From positions 1 to 64,000 of the IMG/VR virus record IMGVR_UViG_3300037541_000804: a stretch of DNA of 64,000 bases; one strand, written 5' to 3'. Made by a program: the position numbers and the translations under genes. Shown in pieces: positions 8,948-18,046 of this stretch. The DNA comes from a virus. The notes under the pieces were generated by a model. The model searched no databases, was not told the DNA's origin, and worked only from the letters and a program-made list of their open reading frames with translations. Numbering within the stretch: the stretch's first letter is position 1; each line of letters opens with the position of its first letter.

Positions 8948-9584
8948 ACTAATCTCTTTCTCTCTTTGGGGAGACAACCCAAAATACACAATCGGCGCTC
9001 TTGAAAATGCCAAACAACGGGCCGACTTTTACCCCGATTGGGAATGCGTCTTTTACGTTCACAAAGACGTTCCCCAAGAAGTCCAAAACAAACTAAGGGG
9101 ATTTAGCGGTACAAGAGTAAAAATTCTAGACGGCAAAGCAGACTGGACTTTTTCGTTGACGCGATTTCTGCCATTCGCTGACGAAGATGTAGAGTATTTT
9201 ATCTCCCGCGATTGCGATTCGCGCTTCTCTATGCGCGAGGTTTCCGCCGTGGAGCAGTGGATTGATAGCGGCGCATTGTGTCATACAATGAAAGACCATC
9301 CGTGCCACGTTAATTATCCCCTACTAGCTGGCATGACGGGTTTCAGAAATCCCGCGCCATTTGATTTTCTCGCTTTAGTTAAAGACTATGAGAACGAGGA
9401 GTACTACCACTACGACCAAGACTTCTTGCGCGATGTAATTTTGCCGTTTTATAGGCATTCGGTAGCCTTCCACCATAAAGACAATTTCCCGCTACCAAGA
9501 GAAAAAGATCGCTTTGTGGGGCAGGTGTTTGACGAATTTAACCATGTTGACCCTCATCATCTTGAGCTTTTGAAGCATGAGTAA
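8940..9584 (+). CDS. putative GT-A-fold glycosyltransferase-like protein
   Basis: SFSLWG..PKY, RFLP, SRDCDSR (DxD), DHP.H, AGM.G, DQDFL; cluster context. Confidence 0.6.
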   Translation: MSKLISFSLWGDNPKYTIGALENAKQRADFYPDWECVFYVHKDVPQEVQNKLRGFSGTRVKILDGKADWTFSLTRFLPFADEDVEYFISRDCDSRFSMREVSAVEQWIDSGALCHTMKDHPCHVNYPLLAGMTGFRNPAPFDFLALVKDYENEEYYHYDQDFLRDVILPFYRHSVAFHHKDNFPLPREKDRFVGQVFDEFNHVDPHHLELLKHE

Positions 9585-10236
9585 GTTTTGTATCTATCAT
9601 CATTTAGGGTTAGGCGACCATTTTATCTGCAATGGATTGGTTCGAGAACTGATTAAGGACCAAGATAAACCGCATCTTTTTGTGAAGCATCACAACCTTG
9701 AGACGGTATCTCAAATGTATGAGGATATAGATTTACAACTTATCGGAGTCAATAATGATCAAGATGTTATTAATCAAATAAAACTTGGCGATTTGGGAGT
9801 TCAAATTGGCTTCCACCAGTTAAATCAACACGAGCCATTCGATCAACAATTCTACAAACTTACGGGCGTTCCTTTTGAAAAACGATGGTCATCTTTCAAA
9901 GTCAATAGAGATAAGAAGAAAGAAAATAACCTAATTTATAGCCTAAATTTGCCGCCAAAATTCGCCCTCCTACACGAAGATGAGTCTCGCGGATATGTGA
10001 TTGACCGCAATAAAATCAACCTACCAATCGTTAAGCTCCGCCCGATTAGTGGATTCACAATGATTGACTGGCTTGGAGTGGCTGATTTGGCCGATGAAAT
10101 TCATGTTATTGATTCGTCGTTCATGTTTCTTCTTGACTCCGTAGAAACAAAAGTTCCGCTTTACGTTCACCGTTATTCCCGCCAAAATCCCGACTGGCAA
10201 TTGCCAACATTAAAGAAAAATTGGATCATTCTATGA
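9577..10236 (+). CDS. putative GT-B-fold glycosyltransferase-like protein
   Basis: HLGLGDHFICNG and EIHVIDSSF, resembling GT9-type motifs. Confidence 0.55.
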   Translation: MSKFCIYHHLGLGDHFICNGLVRELIKDQDKPHLFVKHHNLETVSQMYEDIDLQLIGVNNDQDVINQIKLGDLGVQIGFHQLNQHEPFDQQFYKLTGVPFEKRWSSFKVNRDKKKENNLIYSLNLPPKFALLHEDESRGYVIDRNKINLPIVKLRPISGFTMIDWLGVADLADEIHVIDSSFMFLLDSVETKVPLYVHRYSRQNPDWQLPTLKKNWIIL

Positions 10237-11234
10237 AATCCGCCGTATTAACAGAACTCAATCAACCCTTATCTTGGGAAGACGTAGAACTAACACCTCT
10301 CAAAGCTGGCCAAGTTAAAGTCAAAATTTTAACTAGCGGACTATGCGGCGCTCAGTTAATGGAGATCGCGGGCCTAAAAGGCAATGCCAAATTTTTACCA
10401 CACTTAATGGGCCATGAAGGATGCGGAATTGTGGAGGGAATTGGAGAAGGTGTTTCTCTCAAAATCGGCCAAAAGGTTGTTATGCATTGGATGGTTGGCG
10501 CAGGCATAGATTCGCCGTTCCCCGAATACATTTTTCGCGGCAAAAAAATCTCTAGCGGCAAAGTCACAACTATTGGTGAATATTCTATTTGCTCGGAAAA
10601 TCGGTTGACGCCAGTTGGCTATGCTGTGCCAAATGAACTATGCTCTCTCTTGGGCTGTGGAATGACAACGGCCTTGGGAGCAATTAACAACGAGGCGGAA
10701 GTTAAAATCGGCGAAAACGCCCTAGTCTTGGGATGCGGCGGGTTAGGTTTGAATCTGATTCAGGGACTACGAATGGTTGGCGCAAATGAAATTGCCGTTG
10801 TTGATATTCAATACAAATCAGAACTGGCAAAAATCAATGGTGCTGACTTTTTCACATGTTTAAAAGATAAAAATCTTGCTTGCTTAGGAGACTACGATGT
10901 TATCTTTGATACAACGGGCCACTCTCCATTAATCGAAGAAGCCTTAAAACACTTGAAAGATTCGGGCCGATTCGTAATGATTGGTCAACCAAAATCCCCA
11001 ATCAGTTTGAACGGCCAAAACCTTTTTGGAACTAGCGGCAAAAGGATTATCGCCACACAGGGCGGTAAAACAAATCCAACCAAAGACATTCCTAGATACG
11101 CAAGCATGAGCGTAACTGGCCGACTCAATTACAAAAACATTGTCACCCACCATTTCTCCATGAGAGAAATCAACGATGCAGTTAGTATATTGAAGCAAGG
11201 AAACTGCGGACGAATTATTCTTCATAATGACTAA
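10233..11234 (+). CDS. zinc-dependent alcohol dehydrogenase (MDR family)
   Basis: GLCG, GHEGCG, LLGCG, GCGGLG. Confidence 0.9.
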   Translation: MKSAVLTELNQPLSWEDVELTPLKAGQVKVKILTSGLCGAQLMEIAGLKGNAKFLPHLMGHEGCGIVEGIGEGVSLKIGQKVVMHWMVGAGIDSPFPEYIFRGKKISSGKVTTIGEYSICSENRLTPVGYAVPNELCSLLGCGMTTALGAINNEAEVKIGENALVLGCGGLGLNLIQGLRMVGANEIAVVDIQYKSELAKINGADFFTCLKDKNLACLGDYDVIFDTTGHSPLIEEALKHLKDSGRFVMIGQPKSPISLNGQNLFGTSGKRIIATQGGKTNPTKDIPRYASMSVTGRLNYKNIVTHHFSMREINDAVSILKQGNCGRIILHND

Positions 11235-12420
11235 AGAGCAACTAATCAACTTCGAAAACGAAATCGCCGACTTGTATCGCGATGGCAAACTCCCATTTTT
11301 ATTCCACCTTTCAGGAGGAAACGAAGATCAACTGATTGAAATTTTCAAAGAAATCAAAGAAGGCGATTACGTTCTTTCTACTCACCGAAACCATTATCAT
11401 GCTCTTCTTCATGGTATTCCGCCCGAAGAACTGAAAGAGAAAATCCTGAATGGCCGTTCAATGTTCGTCTTTGATCGTAAGCGGAATTTCTTTACTTCGG
11501 CGATTATCGGCGGAACTCCAGCTATCGCTGCGGGGATTGCTTTAGCACTAAAAAAGAAAGGCTCCAGTCAAAAAGTCTGGTGCTTTGTCGGCGATGGCAT
11601 TGAAGATACGGGCCACCTTTGGGAAGCGGCCCGATATGTGGACGGTCACGAACTGCCATGCAATTTCATCATTGAAGATAATAATCGCTCCGTAGAAACA
11701 ACCAAAGAAGAACGATGGGGTAAAGCCACCAAACCCGAATTTCCATCTTGTGTTCGCCGTTACGAGTATAAAATTACTTGGCCACATGCCCGAACTACGG
11801 ATATGATTAATTTGGCCACTCAAGAAAAGCCAAAGACCGACAAGGAATACTTCCCCTTTCTAAAGGATGAGGGTTTGCTTTCTAATTACTTTGAACCAAG
11901 GACGGCCAAAGTTCCCTATAAGGATGCCATTCAATATTCAATGGAGAAAATTGCCTCAAAAAATGGTGTGTTTATTGGCTACAATGTCAAGAACGGCAAC
12001 GCCATGGGTTCGCTTAAAAACGTGCCAGATGAGCAAAAGATTGAAACGCCCGTTGCTGAAAACCTTATGGTAGGATTAGCCATTGGCATGTCATTTGAGG
12101 GTTATCGTCCAGTAGTGTATTTTGAGCGTCACGATTTCATGCTCGTAGCAGCAGACGCCATTGGTAATCATCTCAATTATATTGAACGAACAAGCCATGG
12201 TGAATATACTTGCCCTGTCATTTTAAAAACGGTAGTGGCAGATAGCGGCCCATTCTACTCTGGCCCAACGCATTCTCAGGATTTTAGCAGGGTATTTGAT
12301 GAATTAGTCAACTTCCCCGTTTTTGTTCCCGAAAATGGGCAGCAAGTTCTGGGATGTTATGATCTTGCGCTACAGTCAAATCGTCCATCCATGATTGTGG
12401 AAAAAAAATCCTTCCTTTAA
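11227..12420 (+). CDS. TPP-dependent E1-alpha fused to E1-beta pyrimidine-binding domain (transketolase-like)
   Basis: HLSGGNE, THRNHYH, GDG...EDN, TPVAEN.MVGLAIG, GPTHSQ. Confidence 0.85.
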   Translation: MTKEQLINFENEIADLYRDGKLPFLFHLSGGNEDQLIEIFKEIKEGDYVLSTHRNHYHALLHGIPPEELKEKILNGRSMFVFDRKRNFFTSAIIGGTPAIAAGIALALKKKGSSQKVWCFVGDGIEDTGHLWEAARYVDGHELPCNFIIEDNNRSVETTKEERWGKATKPEFPSCVRRYEYKITWPHARTTDMINLATQEKPKTDKEYFPFLKDEGLLSNYFEPRTAKVPYKDAIQYSMEKIASKNGVFIGYNVKNGNAMGSLKNVPDEQKIETPVAENLMVGLAIGMSFEGYRPVVYFERHDFMLVAADAIGNHLNYIERTSHGEYTCPVILKTVVADSGPFYSGPTHSQDFSRVFDELVNFPVFVPENGQQVLGCYDLALQSNRPSMIVEKKSFL

Positions 12421-12421
12421 T

Positions 12422-13147
12422 ATGAAAATCTTAGTTATCGGCGAGTCATGTAAAGATGTTTTTGTGTATTGTGATGCAAAGCGTCTTGCCCCAGACGTTC
12501 CCGTGCCAGTTCTAAACATTGTTAGGCAATCAGAAAACCCAGGAATGGCGGCAAATGTTTTTCGAATGCTTCAAAAGCTACAGCCAGATAGCTCCGCCCT
12601 TCTAACATGCGACAATTGGCAGAATATTACAAAAACCCGATTTGTGGATGAAAAAAGTAATCACCATTTTATTCGTGTTGATTCACCCCATAACTTCTTA
12701 CCACTAGATATTGATCTTGACGAGTTGAATGAATACGATATTGTAGCTATTTCAGACTACAACAAAGGATTCTTAACGGAAGAAACTATTGAAAAAATCT
12801 GTCAATACCATCCAAACGTATTTATTGATACCAAGAAGCCAATCAAAGACTTCGCCAAATCGGCCAAATATATCAAAATCAATGACTTCGAATATCAAAA
12901 CTCCAAGCATTATTTGACGCCAGAGCTTGAGGCTAAAATTATTCATACAGCAGGAGAAAACGGTTGTTATTTCAGCGGGAAACACTACGCCGTAAACAAG
13001 GTTGAAGTAAAAGATGTATCGGGCGCTGGGGATTCTTTTTTTGCCGCACTTATTGTTTCTTTTGCATCTAAAAGAGATATTGACTATGCCATTAAATTTG
13101 CGAATTCTATTGCCTCAGAAACGGTTAAACATCGCGGAGTAAGCTAG
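12422..13147 (+). CDS. PfkB-family sugar kinase, HldE/RfaE domain-I-like
   Basis: PGMAANV, ISDYNKG, DVSGAGDSF. Confidence 0.85.
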   Translation: MKILVIGESCKDVFVYCDAKRLAPDVPVPVLNIVRQSENPGMAANVFRMLQKLQPDSSALLTCDNWQNITKTRFVDEKSNHHFIRVDSPHNFLPLDIDLDELNEYDIVAISDYNKGFLTEETIEKICQYHPNVFIDTKKPIKDFAKSAKYIKINDFEYQNSKHYLTPELEAKIIHTAGENGCYFSGKHYAVNKVEVKDVSGAGDSFFAALIVSFASKRDIDYAIKFANSIASETVKHRGVS

Positions 13148-13908
13148 TGAAAATAGAAGAAATCGTCAACGGTGAAAATTTAAAATCGCTTGCGGATGTT
13201 GCTGTTGACGTTGACACGGTAGGTCAATCGCGAGATTTTGATGGGGCCAAAATAGTCTTTTGCAAGACGGACCTATTAAGCGTCTTGTTTTTAGAATTGG
13301 CCGAATTTAATGGAGAGTTGACTTTGATAACTCATTTGTCGGATTATTCCATCACAGAGAATCTTTTCAATAGTCGCCCAAAGTGTATCAAAAAATGGTT
13401 CGCCCAAAATGCTGCTTATCAGCACGAGGATTTAATTCCCGTTCCTATTGGGATTGAAAACCATAAAGGCCCAAGCAAAGGGACATGCATTGACTTAGAT
13501 TTTATTAAAAACGAGTTAGACAGTTTAAAAGACCACACAAAAGCGGGTTCAATTTACGTCAACTTTGCTGACACACACCCATCTCGCGCCGAAATCAGAA
13601 ATGTTTTGATGTGCGATCTTCGCGCAGATTTTGCCTCCAATAAAAAGTATGGAGATTACTTTAACGACTTGGCCCGACATATGTTTGTCGCTTCGCCGAG
13701 AGGCAATGGTATAGACTGTCACCGAACATGGGAGGCGCTGCTTGTTTGGTCAATCCCAATCGTAGATAGGCATTTTATGTATGACAAGTGGAATATTCCA
13801 GTGATTCAGGTTGATTATTGGAGCGATTTGGGCAACTTAAAACTTCCAAAGAACAGTTCCATGCACGCATTATATATGGATTACTGGAGGGAAAAGATTT
13901 GTGGTTAA
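13147..13908 (+). CDS. exostosin-like (GT47-type) glycosyltransferase
   Basis: PIGIEN, SPRGNGIDCHRTWEAL..IPIV. Confidence 0.7.
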   Translation: MKIEEIVNGENLKSLADVAVDVDTVGQSRDFDGAKIVFCKTDLLSVLFLELAEFNGELTLITHLSDYSITENLFNSRPKCIKKWFAQNAAYQHEDLIPVPIGIENHKGPSKGTCIDLDFIKNELDSLKDHTKAGSIYVNFADTHPSRAEIRNVLMCDLRADFASNKKYGDYFNDLARHMFVASPRGNGIDCHRTWEALLVWSIPIVDRHFMYDKWNIPVIQVDYWSDLGNLKLPKNSSMHALYMDYWREKICG

Positions 13909-14536
13909 AATCAACTATCAGGGCCGATTTGGCAACAATTTATTTCAATTTGCAGTTGCAAGGGTTATTTCTGATAACCTTAACCTAAGAATTGAAAATC
14001 CTTTGCAACAAAGCATACTTCCTTATGATGAAAGGGGCATCCCAGAAGATGAAGGGGATCGTATTGTTGTGGATGGGTTTTTTCAGACGCCTGCAATGGT
14101 GGGAAATTTTCAAAACTTAAACTTCTCGCCCGTAAAAGAAAAAGGAGGAACATTCGTTCATGTTCGACTCGGCGACCTTCTTGAGAACCACTCTCAATCT
14201 GGCAACCGATTTGCCTCTGCCGATTATTACAGAAAAGCCTTGCAAGGATCAAGCAGTGGATACATCTCTTCTGATTCGCCCGATGATCCAATCATTAAAG
14301 AGCTTTGTGCCGAATTTAATCTAGAGCTTTGCCAAGATTCGCCCGAAAATACAATTAAGTTTGGGGCCGCATTCTCAAAAAAAGTTTTGTCTCTAGGAAC
14401 GTTTTCGTGGTGGATCGGCTTTCTTGGTAATCAGAAAGAGGTGATTTGCCCGAACCCATTAAACTTTCCCAAATGGCATGGCAACATATTTCCGCCCGTT
14501 TGTTCTTTTTTGAACTGGAAATGCATTGATTCATAG
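13901..14536 (+). CDS. alpha-1,2-fucosyltransferase-like (GT11)
   Basis: GRFGNNLFQ, HVRLGD, YY..AL, SD, TFSWW. Confidence 0.85.
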   Translation: MVKINYQGRFGNNLFQFAVARVISDNLNLRIENPLQQSILPYDERGIPEDEGDRIVVDGFFQTPAMVGNFQNLNFSPVKEKGGTFVHVRLGDLLENHSQSGNRFASADYYRKALQGSSSGYISSDSPDDPIIKELCAEFNLELCQDSPENTIKFGAAFSKKVLSLGTFSWWIGFLGNQKEVICPNPLNFPKWHGNIFPPVCSFLNWKCIDS

Positions 14537-14565
14537 CCTCGTAAGTTAGTATATTTCAATCGCAT

Positions 14566-15204
14566 ATGCTGATTGACCTTTTACAACTTCGCGAAAAATA
14601 CCAAATCTACCCAAAAACCGTTCTCCATGTGGGAGCGCATAAAGGAGAAGAGCTTCTTTTGTATGAAACATTAGGTGTTAAAAACGTCTATTGGATAGAA
14701 GCAAACCAAAAACTTGCCGACGAACTCAGTTGTCTTGAAATGATTTGCGATTTAGAGGGACTGCCGACAAAAAGTTATATTGAATGCGCCGTCATTTCTG
14801 ACAAAGATGGCCAAGAGGTAGAATTTAATATCTCAAACAATAACCAATCCTCTTCTATTCTGGAGCTTGGAGAGCATTCAAGTCTTTTTCCAGATGTATT
14901 TTATTCTCAAAAGGAGAAGCGCACAACTTCGACAATTTCCTCCGTCTTAAAGAAGTTTGGCAATCCACAAATTGATTTTCTCAATCTTGATATTCAGGGG
15001 GCCGAACTTCTAGCCATGAAGGGATTTAAGGAATTGGCTGACGTTCAATTCGTTTACACAGAAATCAATAGTCGAGAAGTTTACAAGGGTTGTGCGTTGG
15101 TTGAGCAAATTGATGAATATCTCCTGCCACTAGGACTCATTCGGGCCGAAACGGCTTTTTGGAATGATCATCCGTGGGGAGACGCATTGTATATTAAAAA
15201 ATGA
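14566..15204 (+). CDS. FkbM-family methyltransferase
   Basis: HVGAHKGEE, IEAN, SSSIL, LDIQGAEL, WGDALY. Confidence 0.9.
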   Translation: MLIDLLQLREKYQIYPKTVLHVGAHKGEELLLYETLGVKNVYWIEANQKLADELSCLEMICDLEGLPTKSYIECAVISDKDGQEVEFNISNNNQSSSILELGEHSSLFPDVFYSQKEKRTTSTISSVLKKFGNPQIDFLNLDIQGAELLAMKGFKELADVQFVYTEINSREVYKGCALVEQIDEYLLPLGLIRAETAFWNDHPWGDALYIKK

Positions 15205-16121
15205 GTACATTTATCGCAGGACATAATGGAATGGTGGGTTCCGCCTTAGTAAGACTTCTTGAGGGCAAGGAAGAAATTATTGTTGGAAATAGACGAGTAC
15301 TGAATCTCGAAGATCAAAACGCGGTGGCTAGTTTTTTTGATTATTTTCGGCCAAAAAAAGTTTACCTAGCAGCGGCCAAAGTTGGCGGCATTTTGGCGAA
15401 TAGGGACTATCCTGCCGAGTTTATTCATAGCAACTTGTCAATCCAGACAAATGTAATCCACGCTTGCTATAAATACAATGTAGAAAAACTACTATTATTG
15501 GGTAGCTCTTGCATTTACCCAAAGTTTTGCCCGCAACCGATTAAGGAAGAAGCCCTTTTGACTGGACAACTTGAACCCACTAATGAAAGCTATGCCGTGG
15601 CTAAAATTGCGGGCATTAAAATGTGCGAAGCATATTACAGGCAATACGGTTGCGAGTTGGTATCCGTTATGCCGACAAATCTTTTTGGGCCGAAAGACAA
15701 TTTTGATTTAGAATCGTCTCATGTTTTGCCCGCCCTTGTGAGGAAATTCTGTGAGGCAAAAGGAGACGTTACCCTGTGGGGAGATGGTTCCGCCAAACGA
15801 GAATTCCTGCATGTTGATGACATGGCTAAAGCATGTATTCATGTGATGAACTATATTCCTGCGAAAGCAATCTACGGACAAGGAATTTCCCATCTAAACA
15901 TTGGCTCTGGCAAAGACATAACCATCAAAGAATTGGCCGAAAAGATCGCCCAAAAGACCAACTTTAAAGGCCAAATCCTTTGGGATACATCGAAACCAAA
16001 CGGCATGCCGCGAAAACTTTTAGACTCGTCAAGGCTTAATAACATGGGCTGGAAACCAGAAATCTCTTTCGATGACGGGCTGGATAAAACAATTCAATAT
16101 TTTAAAACGCTTCATGTCTAA
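15201..16121 (+). CDS. fcl: GDP-L-fucose synthase
   Basis: GHNGMVGS, AAKVGGI, GSSCIYP, YAVAK, SHVLPAL, REFLHVDD. Confidence 0.95.
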   Translation: MSTFIAGHNGMVGSALVRLLEGKEEIIVGNRRVLNLEDQNAVASFFDYFRPKKVYLAAAKVGGILANRDYPAEFIHSNLSIQTNVIHACYKYNVEKLLLLGSSCIYPKFCPQPIKEEALLTGQLEPTNESYAVAKIAGIKMCEAYYRQYGCELVSVMPTNLFGPKDNFDLESSHVLPALVRKFCEAKGDVTLWGDGSAKREFLHVDDMAKACIHVMNYIPAKAIYGQGISHLNIGSGKDITIKELAEKIAQKTNFKGQILWDTSKPNGMPRKLLDSSRLNNMGWKPEISFDDGLDKTIQYFKTLHV

Positions 16122-17163
16122 AATAGCAATCATTACTGGCGCAAATGCGATGGACTCAAAAAGTTTGGCGCGATTCCTTCAACACAAGGATTACAAGATC
16201 GTTCTTACTTATCGCAGAAACACTCTCTTCCACGAAGAAGACTGGTTTAAAGAAGTTCAAATCGAAGAACAAAATCGCTCAAAAATTGAATTCGAGCCAT
16301 GCGATATTATTGACCAAAACTCTGTTCGTGAGTGTATCAAGTCAGTTCTATTGAGACATGGAAAAGTTGACGAGCTTTATTTGATTGCGGCAATGAGCCA
16401 CGTTGGAAACTCCTTTAAGCAAAAGGAATATTCAATCATGTGCAACGGCCAAAGCTACTATTACTTCTTGGAGGCTTTGAAAGAGTTTTCGCCGAAAACA
16501 AAGACTTATGGAGCAATGACAAGCGAATTGGCTGGTAATGTTCCAAGCGGAACTCTTTTTAATGAGAATACCCCTTGGATGCCGAAAAGCCCGTATAGCC
16601 TTGGGAAACAGTTGGGAGGCTCATGGATCAAGTTTTACCGCGAATCACTTGATTCTCAGCTTTTTGCGTGTTTTGGAGTCTTATTTAATCATTCTAATTT
16701 TTATAGAACTCCTGATTTTTTTATTGCGAAAGTTGCCAAAGCGGCAGCGGCTATTGCACTTGGGAAGCAAAAGGAACTTCCTTTAGGGAACTTGAATTTT
16801 TATCGGGACGAACATTGGTCTGATTTCGGCGTAGAAATGATGTGGAAAATGCTTCAAAACGACGAACCCAAAGATTATGTCATTGGCGTTGGACGAACAT
16901 TTCATGGAGAAGAGTTTCTTGATGAGGCGTTTAATAGGGTCAATCTAAAGTGGCAAGATTTCGTAAGAAAGGACGAAACCCTTTTGCGGCCAAACGAGGT
17001 TCATCGTTTAATTTCCGATCCATCCAAGGCAGAAAAAGAGCTTGGCTGGAATCCTAATCGCATGTCATTTAAGGATCATATGGGTTACTTAGTTGACTTT
17101 TGGCTGGCAAAAGAACAAGGAAAAGAATATAAAATCCCCAACATGTGGGAAAAATATCCTTGA
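16114..17163 (+). CDS. gmd: GDP-mannose 4,6-dehydratase (divergent)
   Basis: AAMSHV, TSE, SPYSLGK, LFNH, LGNL..RD, RPNEV; N-terminal GANAMDS instead of GITGQDG. Confidence 0.85.
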   Translation: MSKIAIITGANAMDSKSLARFLQHKDYKIVLTYRRNTLFHEEDWFKEVQIEEQNRSKIEFEPCDIIDQNSVRECIKSVLLRHGKVDELYLIAAMSHVGNSFKQKEYSIMCNGQSYYYFLEALKEFSPKTKTYGAMTSELAGNVPSGTLFNENTPWMPKSPYSLGKQLGGSWIKFYRESLDSQLFACFGVLFNHSNFYRTPDFFIAKVAKAAAAIALGKQKELPLGNLNFYRDEHWSDFGVEMMWKMLQNDEPKDYVIGVGRTFHGEEFLDEAFNRVNLKWQDFVRKDETLLRPNEVHRLISDPSKAEKELGWNPNRMSFKDHMGYLVDFWLAKEQGKEYKIPNMWEKYP

Positions 17164-17187
17164 CAAGCTTCAATTCTGAATTAAAGT
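17160..17187 (+). promoter_or_regulatory. sigma70-type leaderless promoter
   Basis: TTGACA-N16-TAAAGT-N5-ATG. Confidence 0.65.
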
Positions 17188-17192
17188 GACGA

Positions 17193-17423
17193 ATGGATTT
17201 TTCACCCGTTGTTCACTTTTTCAGATGTGCCACAGAATTAATGCAAATGGCTGCGCCATGGTTGATGTGGGTTTTAACGCCGATTTGGATTGTGGCTTTG
17301 ATAATTTCTATCAAGAACATTAAAGTTTGCGACGGAGATGTGGTAATGGATATTGTTTCGACAATTTTGTTTTTCGCATTGAGCGCGTTTGGAATCTATT
17401 GTATTATTTATGGGCCGACCTAA
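17193..17423 (+). CDS. small two-TM membrane protein
   Basis: two hydrophobic segments. Confidence 0.6.
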   Translation: MDFSPVVHFFRCATELMQMAAPWLMWVLTPIWIVALIISIKNIKVCDGDVVMDIVSTILFFALSAFGIYCIIYGPT

Positions 17424-17778
17424 GAAAATCAAAACCCCGAAACCACCAAAGCTTCCGCCGATTAACAAACACAAGTTAGTCGAACGACTTGTTGAGAAAC
17501 CGTCTCAAAACATCCGCTTCTGGCTAATCAAAGAATGTTCTATTCTTAAAAAGCTAGAAGAAAAATTCCCCCTCGCTTTCCTAAATCAACTCAAATACAG
17601 CAAGAAGTGGGCAAGTCTGGCCGTATTGTTCTGTGACGACTTAATGAAAGATTTGGAACGCCGCTACAGAGCTTATCTATACGTTCCGCCCATTCAAGAA
17701 CAGATAACTTTGGGCGAAAAATCGGGCGAAGATTTGAAAATAGAGAAAAAGAAGTCATTAAGAGAGATACTGTCATGA
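17410..17778 (+). CDS. hypothetical basic protein
   Basis: operon-coupled ORF, start moved to ATG 17410. Confidence 0.7.
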   Translation: MGRPKKIKTPKPPKLPPINKHKLVERLVEKPSQNIRFWLIKECSILKKLEEKFPLAFLNQLKYSKKWASLAVLFCDDLMKDLERRYRAYLYVPPIQEQITLGEKSGEDLKIEKKKSLREILS

Positions 17779-18041
17779 TTAAAACCCAAGGAAAATCCTC
17801 CATTACTATCAGCAAAACCGCTTTCTTGGACGAAATGCTGCCAGAGCCTCGGCTAGTAACTCACGACGAAGATTTGACGCAATACTCTCTAGAAAACACA
17901 GACAAACTGCTAGAACTCGTCAAAAAATTGGCCGCAAAAGTCCTGACAGAAGATGAGCTAGTTACTATTCTAGGAGACTGCCACGGATACGGAAGAAACG
18001 GCATCTCATACACTCCGAACAGCAAAGAAATCCCTCATTAA
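17775..18041 (+). CDS. hypothetical protein
   Basis: ATGA-coupled ORF. Confidence 0.65.
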   Translation: MIKTQGKSSITISKTAFLDEMLPEPRLVTHDEDLTQYSLENTDKLLELVKKLAAKVLTEDELVTILGDCHGYGRNGISYTPNSKEIPH

Positions 18042-18046
18042 CGCAC

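Noticed and set aside
11227-12420. Pyruvate dehydrogenase as an energy-metabolism auxiliary gene
   Set aside because: The beta part is truncated, no E2/E3 is present, and the glycan-cluster context points to sugar modification.
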